DNA from: Escherichia coli | GTDB lineage: Bacteria; Pseudomonadota; Gammaproteobacteria; Enterobacterales; Enterobacteriaceae | Reading direction: 5' to 3' (one strand) | Assembly: GCF_024223415.1 (NCBI RefSeq) | Contig: NZ_CP100500.1 | Length of the DNA stretch: 64,000 bases | Shown here: positions 47,692-57,278 of the stretch, piece by piece | How the letters are laid out: each line of letters begins with the position of its first letter | Numbering within the stretch: the first letter of the stretch is position 1 | Program-made: the position numbers and the translations under genes | The notes under the pieces: generated by a model | What the model was told of the DNA's origin: nothing | Seen by the model: the letters and a program-made list of their open reading frames with translations, nothing else | Database searches by the model: none

Positions 47692-48930
47692 ATGAAAAAA
47701 CGGCCTACTCGAAGTTACATGCTGCTCAGCGCTCTGCTGTTCTTTTTCTTTGTGACCTGGTCCTCATCAAGTTCACTGCTCTCAATCTGGCTTCACCAGG
47801 AAGTGGGGCTAAAAGCATCGGAAACCGGCATTATTTTTTCAGTATTATCCGTCTCCGCGCTCTTCGCGCAGGTCTGTTATGGCTTTATTCAGGACCGACT
47901 TGGTCTGCGCAAACATTTGTTATGGTTTATCACCGCGTTGTTGATCCTCTCCGGCCCGGCTTATCTGCTTTTTAGTTATTTGCTGAGCGTTAATATTCTG
48001 CTGGGCAGCGTATTCGGGGGCTTATTTATCGGGCTGACGTTTAATGGGGGTATCGGCGTTCTGGAGTCCTATACCGAGCGCGTCGCGCGTCAAAGTACCT
48101 TTGAGTTTGGGCGGGCACGCATGTGGGGGTCTCTGGGCTGGGCAGTTGCCACGTTTTTTGCCGGGTTACTGTTTAATATCAACCCTGACCTTAACTTCCT
48201 GGTGGCTTCATGCTCAGGGTTAATCTTCTTCTGCCTCCTGGCCCGATTAAAGGTGGCCGCGCCGGCAAGCATGGAGAAACTCGAAATTGGCGCTAAAAAA
48301 GTTTCTCTGGAAGACGCCCTGCGTCTGCTTACTCTGCCGCGCTTCTGGGCACTGATATTCTTCGTGGTCGGAACCTGCATTTACGGCGTATACGATCAGC
48401 AATTCCCGGTCTATTTCTCATCACAGTTCCCGACATTACGCGAAGGGAACGAGATGTTTGGCTATTTAAACTCTTTCCAGGTCTTTCTCGAGGCCGCAGG
48501 TATGTTTTGTGCGCCGTGGCTGGTTAATCGCATTGGTGCTAAAAATGGTCTGATATTCGCAGGAATGGTGATGGCGCTGCGCATGATTGCTTCAGGGCTG
48601 GTGGAAGGCCCCCTGCTTATCTCCATTACCAAACTGCTTCACGCGGTCGAACTGCCAATATTGTTAGTCGCCATATTTAAATACAACAGTCTGAATTTCG
48701 ACAAACGTCTCTCCTCCACCATTTATCTGGTGGGATTTGCCTGCACCAGCTCCGTCATTGGTACCGTATTGTCCCCGCTGGCAGGCTTTAGCTATGAGAG
48801 ATTTGGCTTCGCCCAATCCTATCTGATCATGGGCATCATGGTGTTCAGCACCACGTTTATTTCCATTTTCCTTTTGCGCTCAACTAAATCCTCATCTGAG
48901 CCATCTTTTCTGCAGCAAAAAGCTGTGTAA
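47692..48930 (+). CDS. fosT: Oligosaccharide:H+ symporter (LacY/CscB family)
   Basis: 412-aa 12-TM ORF; first gene of the operon. Confidence 0.75.
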   Translation: MKKRPTRSYMLLSALLFFFFVTWSSSSSLLSIWLHQEVGLKASETGIIFSVLSVSALFAQVCYGFIQDRLGLRKHLLWFITALLILSGPAYLLFSYLLSVNILLGSVFGGLFIGLTFNGGIGVLESYTERVARQSTFEFGRARMWGSLGWAVATFFAGLLFNINPDLNFLVASCSGLIFFCLLARLKVAAPASMEKLEIGAKKVSLEDALRLLTLPRFWALIFFVVGTCIYGVYDQQFPVYFSSQFPTLREGNEMFGYLNSFQVFLEAAGMFCAPWLVNRIGAKNGLIFAGMVMALRMIASGLVEGPLLISITKLLHAVELPILLVAIFKYNSLNFDKRLSSTIYLVGFACTSSVIGTVLSPLAGFSYERFGFAQSYLIMGIMVFSTTFISIFLLRSTKSSSEPSFLQQKAV

Positions 48931-48949
48931 TGTACTGAGAATAAAGACG

Positions 48950-50383
48950 ATGACATCCTTATTAGAACAGGCTGAACAGGTGCTTGAAAAAGCACAATCC
49001 GGGATTAATCCGCGCTGGTATCCGCGCTATCACCTCGCCCCTCGCGCAGGCTGGATGAATGATCCTAATGGCCTGGTATGGTTTGACGGCTGGTATCACG
49101 CCTTTTATCAACACCATCCCTACTCCCCGAAATGGGGTCCGATGCACTGGGGGCACGCCCGAAGCAAAGATCTGGTGCATTGGGAACATTTGCCCGTCGC
49201 GCTAGCGCCGGAAGGCCCGGCGGACAAAGACGGCTGTTTCTCAGGTTCCGCCGTGGTGGACGGCGATACGCTGGCGCTCATCTATACCGGACATAAATTT
49301 CACGGCCCGTCGGACACTGACGACAACCTCTACCAGGTGCAGTGTCTGGCGACCAGTCGTGACGGCATCCATTTTGAACGGCACGGCAAGGTGATTGATA
49401 CACCGCCCGGACTGCATCACTTTCGCGATCCGAAGGTGTGGCGCGAAGGTGAGTTCTGGTACATGGTTGTCGGTTCCCGCGTGGAAAATACCGGTCAGGT
49501 GCGCCTGTACCGTTCCACCGATCTCCGCGAATGGCATGACGAAGGTATTTTCGCCGAGGCTGATGAAGGCAAGGGCTTTATGTGGGAATGCCCGGATTTC
49601 TTCCCCCTGGGAGAGAAGCGTGTCCTGATGTTCTCGCCGCAGGGCATGGCGGCGGAAGGGTATCACTATCGCAACCTGTTCCAGAGCGGCTATTTACTTG
49701 GGGACTGGCAGCCAGGTCAACCGTTCACCCACAGCGGACAATTTACTGAGCTGGACCACGGCCACGACTTTTATGCCCCGCAGAGTTTCCTGACCCCGGA
49801 TGGCCGACGCATTGTCATCGGGTGGCTGGATATGTGGGAATCATCGATGCCCGAACAGCAGGATGGCTGGGCCGGAATGCTCTCGCTTCCTCGCGAATTA
49901 AGCCTTGTCGATGGTCGTGTGAGAATGAAACCTGCTGCCGAAGTGACCGCGCTGCGTGGCAGCTATTATCCCACGCCCGTCCGCTGTCTGAACAATCAGA
50001 ACGTCCTTGTCGCGGCAAATGCCGACGCGGTCGAAGTTCAGTTGGCATGGGATTTGAGCGCATCGACGGCTGAACAGTTTGGTATCGCGTTGGGCGACGG
50101 GTTGAGAATTTACGTCGATGATCAGGCTGGGCGTCTGGTGGTGGAGCGCCGCTATCCGGAATATTCGCTGGAAGGCACTCGCAGTATTCCGCTTCCAGCA
50201 GACAGCGTTCTGTCACTGCGAATTTTTATTGACCGCTCATCGGTGGAAGTTTTTGTTAACGATGGTGACGCTTGCTTAAGCAGTCGTATTTATCCGCAGC
50301 CGGGCGAGCGTGATATTTCATTGTTTGCAAATCTGGGGAAGGCCTCATTATACGATGCGGGATACTGGTCTTTAGATAAATAA
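48950..50383 (+). CDS. Cytoplasmic GH32 beta-fructofuranosidase (FosGH1-like)
   Basis: 477-aa ORF with GH32 N-terminal motif WMNDPNG and no signal peptide. Confidence 0.8.
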   Translation: MTSLLEQAEQVLEKAQSGINPRWYPRYHLAPRAGWMNDPNGLVWFDGWYHAFYQHHPYSPKWGPMHWGHARSKDLVHWEHLPVALAPEGPADKDGCFSGSAVVDGDTLALIYTGHKFHGPSDTDDNLYQVQCLATSRDGIHFERHGKVIDTPPGLHHFRDPKVWREGEFWYMVVGSRVENTGQVRLYRSTDLREWHDEGIFAEADEGKGFMWECPDFFPLGEKRVLMFSPQGMAAEGYHYRNLFQSGYLLGDWQPGQPFTHSGQFTELDHGHDFYAPQSFLTPDGRRIVIGWLDMWESSMPEQQDGWAGMLSLPRELSLVDGRVRMKPAAEVTALRGSYYPTPVRCLNNQNVLVAANADAVEVQLAWDLSASTAEQFGIALGDGLRIYVDDQAGRLVVERRYPEYSLEGTRSIPLPADSVLSLRIFIDRSSVEVFVNDGDACLSSRIYPQPGERDISLFANLGKASLYDAGYWSLDK

Positions 50384-50547
50384 TTCTCCGTTCCGACCTG
50401 TTTCTTGCAGGGTGAGTTTTTATTTCTGCCAGTCTCTGGCTGGCATGTTATTGTCTGGAATAATGAGAGAGCAAAATGGATGAAAGCGTAATACCTCAAA
50501 ATTGCATTACCTCGAAAGATAAAAATATATTTGTTCCAGGAAAACAG

Positions 50548-51741
50548 ATGCTGGCATTAATGGTGACATTAGCAGCATTTCCTGCCATTGCTGAAGACGT
50601 TACAGGAAACTATCAAAGCTATTTTCAGGATGAATCAGACACCAACGGTACGAGTGTTTCATTAGCCAATCAAGGCAATGAAAAATCATCCCTTAGCGCT
50701 TCATCTTCTCCGGTTGCTGCAGGTCAAAAACCTGAACTCACGACCTCGTCAAAGCCAGTGACGTTATCGGCACCAATGGAGAATAAGAAAACTGCAGTAG
50801 AAAAACGTCCTAAAGGGGATAACCCTGAAGATGTCAGTCTGTTGCGTTTAAGGCAGGAAGATCCGCCGGTTCACTGGAACAGTATTGGTCGTAACATGGA
50901 AGTGGGTAGCTTGCATGGGAACATTGGATCTCAGATAGAAATTGACGATGTTCGCTGGAGCAATAATAAGAAAAACAGCGGCAAGTTTAAACTCGCCACC
51001 ATTCAGGCTTTTTTAAGGCACGATGAATTGCCTAACTGGTATTTCGGTTTCTGGAATGCCAGAGAAGACAGTTATAAAGGACAGTTCAGTAATCAGGACT
51101 ATAAAGGCACCAATACCATCAATGAATTTTTTGTGGGCCATATTTTCGAAACCTGGCGGGGTAATATCGGTACGGAAGTCATGGTCGGCTCCGAAACGGC
51201 AACTAAACGCTGGAAAAACCGGTTCAAAGTCTGGCAGGACCTGCGACTGTCCAACAAATGGAGCCTGGCCGGATACGCGTATGGCGAGTATCAGCCTCAG
51301 GGGAACGAACCGGGGAATGGCGATCTGGAGCAGTACATTTTCGAAATTGAGCCAGCCATTCAATACCGCGTGAATCCGGATCTCGGACTCTATTTGCGGC
51401 CCTATTATTACCATAACCGCCAGGAGCGTCAGAGCTGGGGCGACATTGTAGAAGAAGAATGGAAAGTCACGGCCGGGCTCTGGCGAAACTGGTATCCATT
51501 ATTAACCTCCCTGTATGTTGGATTTGGCCAGGACAAAATAGATAACGCCAGCAATGCCAGCGAAGTTTTCTATGACGGCCGTTATAAGTTTATCGGTGGA
51601 ACGCTGAGTTATCCGGTATTTGGTGAGGTGCGATTATATGGTGAATTCAAGGCACAATTTACGAAAGAAACCGGACTTTGGACATCAACCGGTCACTCAT
51701 GGAATCCGTTTACCGTGGTTGGCGTGAATTATAACTTCTGA
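50548..51741 (+). CDS. Putative outer-membrane beta-barrel protein (FosX/FosY-like; alternative start 50476)
   Basis: Signal peptide MLALMVTLAAFPAIA; aromatic-rich; C-terminal ...VGVNYNF. Confidence 0.6.
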   Translation: MLALMVTLAAFPAIAEDVTGNYQSYFQDESDTNGTSVSLANQGNEKSSLSASSSPVAAGQKPELTTSSKPVTLSAPMENKKTAVEKRPKGDNPEDVSLLRLRQEDPPVHWNSIGRNMEVGSLHGNIGSQIEIDDVRWSNNKKNSGKFKLATIQAFLRHDELPNWYFGFWNAREDSYKGQFSNQDYKGTNTINEFFVGHIFETWRGNIGTEVMVGSETATKRWKNRFKVWQDLRLSNKWSLAGYAYGEYQPQGNEPGNGDLEQYIFEIEPAIQYRVNPDLGLYLRPYYYHNRQERQSWGDIVEEEWKVTAGLWRNWYPLLTSLYVGFGQDKIDNASNASEVFYDGRYKFIGGTLSYPVFGEVRLYGEFKAQFTKETGLWTSTGHSWNPFTVVGVNYNF

Positions 51742-51755
51742 TATTCAGGTGTAGC

Positions 51756-53249
51756 ATGAAAAAATTAATAGTTGCGGCATCTTTCGCTCTGCTTGCGCTT
51801 TCGCTCGGCAATAACCCTGCCTGGTCACAGCCTTCGAAAGAGACATTACAGAATAAAAGCATCACCCATATTAATGGCTTTTTTCCGAGGGTTGAAGGTT
51901 CATTCGTGGGCGACCCTATGCCCGTTTTTAACGATGGCAAATTTGATATTTATTATCTTAATGATGTCCGAGGCGGCAGCGATCTGGGGGTACATGCTTT
52001 TCATCTCTTGTCGAGTGCCAACTTGTATGATTATCAGAACCATTCGGAAGTGATCCCCTACGTTAACGACGTTGACGATCCTGAACTGTTATTGGGAACC
52101 GGTTCGATTATTAAAGTCGGCGATACCTGGCATGCCTGGTACACCGCACACAATGAAAATGTGTTCCCGGTTGAGTCTGTTATGCACGCGACCAGTAAGG
52201 ACCGCCTTCACTGGGTGAAACACCCGCAGGACACCCTGTTACCCGGCGGTAACTATCGGGGTAATGATTTCAGGGACCCTCACGTCGTTTGGGTTGAGGA
52301 AAAGAAAGAATACTGGATGTTAATTACTACGCGCAGTAATGGGCGTGGGGTTATTGCCCGATACAGTTCAACGGATTTAAAGCACTGGGAAGATCGCGGC
52401 GTATTTTTTGATAACGACACCATCACCAGCAATGCCAACCTCGAATGCCCGACACTGGTTTACTTCAACGGACGCTGGTATCTCAGCTTTAGCGACCAAT
52501 GGCCGTTACGCCTGACACAATACCGGGTTGCGGACAATCCGGAGGGGCCGTGGCGGAAACTGGACAATTATGTGGTCGACGGCTCAGGTTTTTACGCGGG
52601 TAAACTGGTTCTCAAAAACGATCGGCTGTTTGTTTTCGGCTGGATCCCGACGAAAGCCGGTAACCGTGACAGCGGCAACATTGATTGGGCAGGGAATCTG
52701 GTTGCTCATGAGCTCACCGCAGATGCCCAGGGCCAGCTCAACAGCATCCTCCCCCAGGAGCTTCAGAAGGTCATCAGTGAGAATCCTGGCCCGGAAACCA
52801 CCTTGACGAGCACTAAGACACTCAAAACGGACACGTCGTTCGGCCCCTTACAGTCGGCGCTGTACCCGGCCTTGCCTGAGCGCGGTGAGTTGAGTGCAAC
52901 CATCGATGTTCCTTCTGCCGGAATGGTGATGAGCTTTGGTCTGACCGACGACAGAGTCAGTGATGCGATGCTGAACGTTGTGTTCAATAAGAGCAAAGGA
53001 AAAGTCTATTTTTTCAACGCGCCGCTAGCGTCGATTCATCAGGCTAACGCGGAATCCTGGGTGGACATTCCGATCGGGGAAAAAATTGAGTTACGCGTTC
53101 TCATACAAAACTCAATTGCTGTCTTTTATATAAACAACAAAGTGGCATTCAGTACCCGGATGTATTCCATGCAGGAGAAACCGTGGAGTATTAGCCTGCC
53201 TCAAAACGACCATTTTCACGCGACGTTGAAAATAAAAGAAATGATTTAA
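51756..53249 (+). CDS. Secreted/periplasmic GH32 fructan hydrolase (FosGH2-like)
   Basis: 497-aa ORF with signal peptide MKKLIVAASFALLALSLG and GH32 motifs. Confidence 0.8.
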   Translation: MKKLIVAASFALLALSLGNNPAWSQPSKETLQNKSITHINGFFPRVEGSFVGDPMPVFNDGKFDIYYLNDVRGGSDLGVHAFHLLSSANLYDYQNHSEVIPYVNDVDDPELLLGTGSIIKVGDTWHAWYTAHNENVFPVESVMHATSKDRLHWVKHPQDTLLPGGNYRGNDFRDPHVVWVEEKKEYWMLITTRSNGRGVIARYSSTDLKHWEDRGVFFDNDTITSNANLECPTLVYFNGRWYLSFSDQWPLRLTQYRVADNPEGPWRKLDNYVVDGSGFYAGKLVLKNDRLFVFGWIPTKAGNRDSGNIDWAGNLVAHELTADAQGQLNSILPQELQKVISENPGPETTLTSTKTLKTDTSFGPLQSALYPALPERGELSATIDVPSAGMVMSFGLTDDRVSDAMLNVVFNKSKGKVYFFNAPLASIHQANAESWVDIPIGEKIELRVLIQNSIAVFYINNKVAFSTRMYSMQEKPWSISLPQNDHFHATLKIKEMI

Positions 53250-53261
53250 CGGGATATTATT

Positions 53262-54275
53262 ATGAAAAACTATCATGCCCTGTCTGTTATTTTTACTCTT
53301 ATGTTACCCGCGCTGGCGAATGCGAGCATGAGCATCATGAAGGATCCGTCTGGAAAGGTTATCGCCGTGGACCCTTGGTCATATCTTGATGAAGATGTTA
53401 TGTGGACCTCAGCCCGCTCCTCCAATCCTGCCGGTGGCCGCGTTCATGGCCAACTGAAAATGAAATATGCCATTGAGGATAATAACTGGCGTAACAGCCA
53501 TTTCCACAACGGGAATGATTCGCTGACGTTTGTACAAGGTGTGATGCGGCACGATGCGTTACCCGGTTGGTATCTGGCTTTCTCTGAGGGCAGAACCACT
53601 AACTATAACGGGACGTGGGAGGATCAGTCTTACCTCAGCCAAAACCAGTGGACTCAGTTGATCATCGGCCATGAATATTTTTACAAGCGTCTGCGCTATG
53701 GCTGGGATGTGATGGGAGGAAGCGCCTCAATCGAAGACCGCTGGCAAGGCCGCGTTAAGTTCTTTACCGATCTTCGGGTTACGGATAATTTCTCATTCTT
53801 TAACTACCTGTATCAGCAGATCGATCACCGGCGCAGCGGTGGGTCGCAAAACGACCGTGACGTGCGTTCATTTCAGATTGAGCCAGGCGTGCAATACATT
53901 ATTAATAACAACACCGGTGTCTGGTTCCGCCAGCAGTTCGCATCTGCCATTTTAGACAGGGCGCAGTGGGGCGATATCGACGAAAAAAGCTGGACCACGT
54001 CAGTCGGCGTCTGGCGAAACTGGGGGAAGTTATCCACAACGCTCAGCGGCGGTTATGGTCATTATAAGAAATACAATGCGCAACCTGAGGATGGCGAAGT
54101 CTTTCAGAATACCCGCAATCGCTTCCTGAAGGTATCGGCAAATTATCCTTTGACCTCTCGTTTTACCGTGTCCGGAGAAGTTACTGGTTCGTTGATCAAA
54201 CAGAACGGAAGTTGGGTCACTAACGGTGAGGCCATTACCACTGAGTATAAGCTGATGCTGGATTATAACTTTTAA
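53262..54275 (+). CDS. Putative outer-membrane beta-barrel protein, paralog of 50548..51741 (FosX/FosY-like)
   Basis: Signal peptide MKNYHALSVIFTLMLPALANA; C-terminal ...LMLDYNF; shared motifs with the other barrel ORF (LPNWYFGFW / LPGWYLAFS). Confidence 0.6.
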   Translation: MKNYHALSVIFTLMLPALANASMSIMKDPSGKVIAVDPWSYLDEDVMWTSARSSNPAGGRVHGQLKMKYAIEDNNWRNSHFHNGNDSLTFVQGVMRHDALPGWYLAFSEGRTTNYNGTWEDQSYLSQNQWTQLIIGHEYFYKRLRYGWDVMGGSASIEDRWQGRVKFFTDLRVTDNFSFFNYLYQQIDHRRSGGSQNDRDVRSFQIEPGVQYIINNNTGVWFRQQFASAILDRAQWGDIDEKSWTTSVGVWRNWGKLSTTLSGGYGHYKKYNAQPEDGEVFQNTRNRFLKVSANYPLTSRFTVSGEVTGSLIKQNGSWVTNGEAITTEYKLMLDYNF

Positions 54276-54388
54276 ACCGTACGCTGGATAATCCATGCCA
54301 CCTGAACACGCTGAAGCGTTAGTAAAAATAGTGACCTTACCGCAGGTCACGTTTAAAAAAACAAGTTAATTATTATTAAGGAAATATC

Positions 54389-55351
54389 ATGAATATCTGG
54401 ACTCTTGGCGATGCTGTTGTTGATCTTCTACCCCTTACAGATATGCAATTTCGTGCTTGTGCAGGAGGTGCGCCATTTAATGTTGCGATAGGTACTGCAC
54501 AATTGAAATGTCGTACCGGCTTTATAGGTCGCGTAGGGGATGACGATTTTGGCCATTTCCTGAGAAAAACTCTCGAAGATTCAGGAGTTTCTACACAATG
54601 TATCCAAATGGATAAATATCATCGTACAAGTACAGTACTGGTTTCTCTTAAAGATCAGGGAGAACGTGGTTTTACATTTCTTACGAACCCTTCAGCCGAC
54701 CAATTTCTAACACAAGATGCCCTTCCAGCTTTTAGTGATGATATCCTGCATTTTTGTTCACTTGCGCTGGTTGCTGCAGATTGCCGCACGACTTTGACTA
54801 AAGCAGTCCAGGAAGTCATTGACCACGGTGGACTTATCAGCTTTGATGTTAATTTACGAGACCAAATGTGGCGTGATAAGGAAGAAATGTTTGCGACAGT
54901 GAGTCAATTCGCTGAAAAAGCCGATATCCTTAAACTCTCTGAAGAAGAGTGGTACTGGTTAATGGGTACACATGATTATACAGAGGCGTTAGAAGCACTC
55001 AAAACCCATCCTGCCAGATTAAAAGTGGTCACCTTTGGTGCGAGAGGTTCATTGGTATTATGGCAAGATATGGTGATACATTTCAGAGGATTTAATGTTA
55101 AAAGTATTGACACAACAGGCGCTGGAGATGCTTTTATGGCTGGGTTACTTGCCAGCATCGCCAATAAAGGTTTGCCAATGAATTTTCCAGAACTTCAATT
55201 AGCAATCACTCAGGCCAGTGCCACCGGAGCGCTCGCAACTACCAAAAAAGGTGCACTTACCGCCCTTCCTGATACAGCCGCACTGGAAACGTTCATTAAT
55301 CATTTTCCATTACCGGGCTATGAGATCCTTGGAGCAACCGCTACGGTGTAA
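54389..55351 (+). CDS. fosK: Fructokinase (PfkB/ribokinase family)
   Basis: 320-aa ORF with PfkB motifs (GGAPFNVA..., DTTGAGDAF). Confidence 0.85.
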   Translation: MNIWTLGDAVVDLLPLTDMQFRACAGGAPFNVAIGTAQLKCRTGFIGRVGDDDFGHFLRKTLEDSGVSTQCIQMDKYHRTSTVLVSLKDQGERGFTFLTNPSADQFLTQDALPAFSDDILHFCSLALVAADCRTTLTKAVQEVIDHGGLISFDVNLRDQMWRDKEEMFATVSQFAEKADILKLSEEEWYWLMGTHDYTEALEALKTHPARLKVVTFGARGSLVLWQDMVIHFRGFNVKSIDTTGAGDAFMAGLLASIANKGLPMNFPELQLAITQASATGALATTKKGALTALPDTAALETFINHFPLPGYEILGATATV

Positions 55352-55459
55352 CAACTTTTCATGCTGTATGGTGTAGGAATATAGCAAACGTATCTTCAAT
55401 TGTTAGTTATGACCTCTAGAAGTATGAGATATCTTTTGTAGATAATCATGGCTGTGTAT

Positions 55460-55486
55460 GGGCAGCCTTATACTGCCCCTTTTTCT
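55460..55486 (+). terminator. Intrinsic terminator downstream of the fos operon
   Basis: gggcag-ccttata-ctgccc hairpin followed by cttttt. Confidence 0.55.
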
Positions 55487-55631
55487 ATTACCTTAAGAAA
55501 GATAAGTACAGTTTGCTTTCCTGGAGATTAATGCATGCTCTGGATAGCAATCCTCAACTATCAGCAGAAAGTAGATAAAATTTCAGGGTGGCCCTATAAA
55601 AATCATTAGATGCGTTTCTGACGTTACTTAG

Positions 55632-55943
<312 letters not shown>

Positions 55944-55983
55944 TTACTGATTTAGTGTATGATGGTGATTTTAAGGTGCTTGC

Positions 55984-56259
55984 GTGGCTTCCATTTCCAT
56001 CAGATGTCCTTCCTGCTCCGCTACTGAAGGCGTGGTGCGTAACGGCAAAAGCACTGCCGGACATCAGCGCTATCTCTGCTCTCATTGCCGTAAAACATGG
56101 CAACTACAGTTCACTTACACCGCCTCTCAGCCCGGTACGCACCAGAAAATCATTGATATGGCCATGAATGGCGTCGGATGTCGCGCCAGTGCACGCATTA
56201 TGGGCGTTGGCCTCAACACGGTTTTACGTCACTTAAAAAACTCAGGCCGCAGTCGGTAA
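55984..56259 (+). CDS. insA: IS1 InsA
   Basis: 91-aa ORF with zinc finger [15 protein letters not shown]... Confidence 0.9.
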   Translation: MASISIRCPSCSATEGVVRNGKSTAGHQRYLCSHCRKTWQLQFTYTASQPGTHQKIIDMAMNGVGCRASARIMGVGLNTVLRHLKNSGRSR

Positions 56260-56681
56260 CCTCGCGCATACAACCGGGCAGTGATGTGATTGTCTGCGCT
56301 GAAATGGACGAACAGTGGGGCTACGTCGGTGCTAAATCACGTCAGCGCTGGCTGTTTTACGCGTATGACAGGATACGGAGGACGGTTGTGGCGCACGTCT
56401 TCGGTGAACGCACTCTGGCCACACTGGAGCGTCTTCTGAGCCTGCTGTCGGCCTTTGAGGTCGTGGTATGGATGACGGATGGCTGGCCGCTGTATGAATC
56501 ACGCCTGAAGGGAAAGCTGCACGTTATCAGCAAGCGTTACACTCAGCGCATTGAGCGACATAATCTGAATCTGAGACAACATCTGGCAAGGCTGGGACGG
56601 AAGTCACTGTCGTTCTCAAAATCGGTGGAGCTGCATGACAAGGTCATCGGGCATTATCTGAACATAAAACACTATCAGTAA
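56178..56681 (+). CDS. insB: IS1 InsB (expressed as an InsAB' fusion by frameshift)
   Basis: 167-aa ORF overlapping insA in the -1 frame. Confidence 0.85.
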   Translation: MSRQCTHYGRWPQHGFTSLKKLRPQSVTSRIQPGSDVIVCAEMDEQWGYVGAKSRQRWLFYAYDRIRRTVVAHVFGERTLATLERLLSLLSAFEVVVWMTDGWPLYESRLKGKLHVISKRYTQRIERHNLNLRQHLARLGRKSLSFSKSVELHDKVIGHYLNIKHYQ

Positions 56682-57278
56682 GTTGGAGTCATTACCAACG
56701 GTAAATATCCATAAGTGTGGGCTTGCGGAATAAATAGTTTGGTTAAAGATAAGGTGGTTTAATACTGCTGAGTATTTTATAGGAGATATGATGTTGTTTT
56801 ATAAACAAACTAAAAAACATGAAGTTTAATTGATAGGGGACAATGAAATCTCCTTTTTAAACTCAATTGCTATGTTGGGTTTATGGGGTTGCTATAAACG
56901 GTTTTGAATAAACGCTTTACTATTCTCATGAAAACAGTGTTATGTTGTTATTTTAACAACCCCGCATTGTTTTTTGATGGGATGGGTATTAAGACTTTAG
57001 AGAAACTTTATAAATAAATATATGTATTCAATAGTGGCGAAAATAATAACCCATCTTATTATTACATTGTGGAAGTGCTCTTTTTTATTATCGCTCATGT
57101 TTTACCTTTCTGTTAAAACATATTCTTTCGGATATGTAAAATGGTAAGAGATAGTTAATCTACGTATGCATGGGGGCGTTTCATTGCATGGCGTTATAAT
57201 CTGGCTTGTATATAAAGGCACTATAAGTTTTACTCTTACAGTGCCTTTATTTGGCCATGATTTACCCTCTACAATAAA

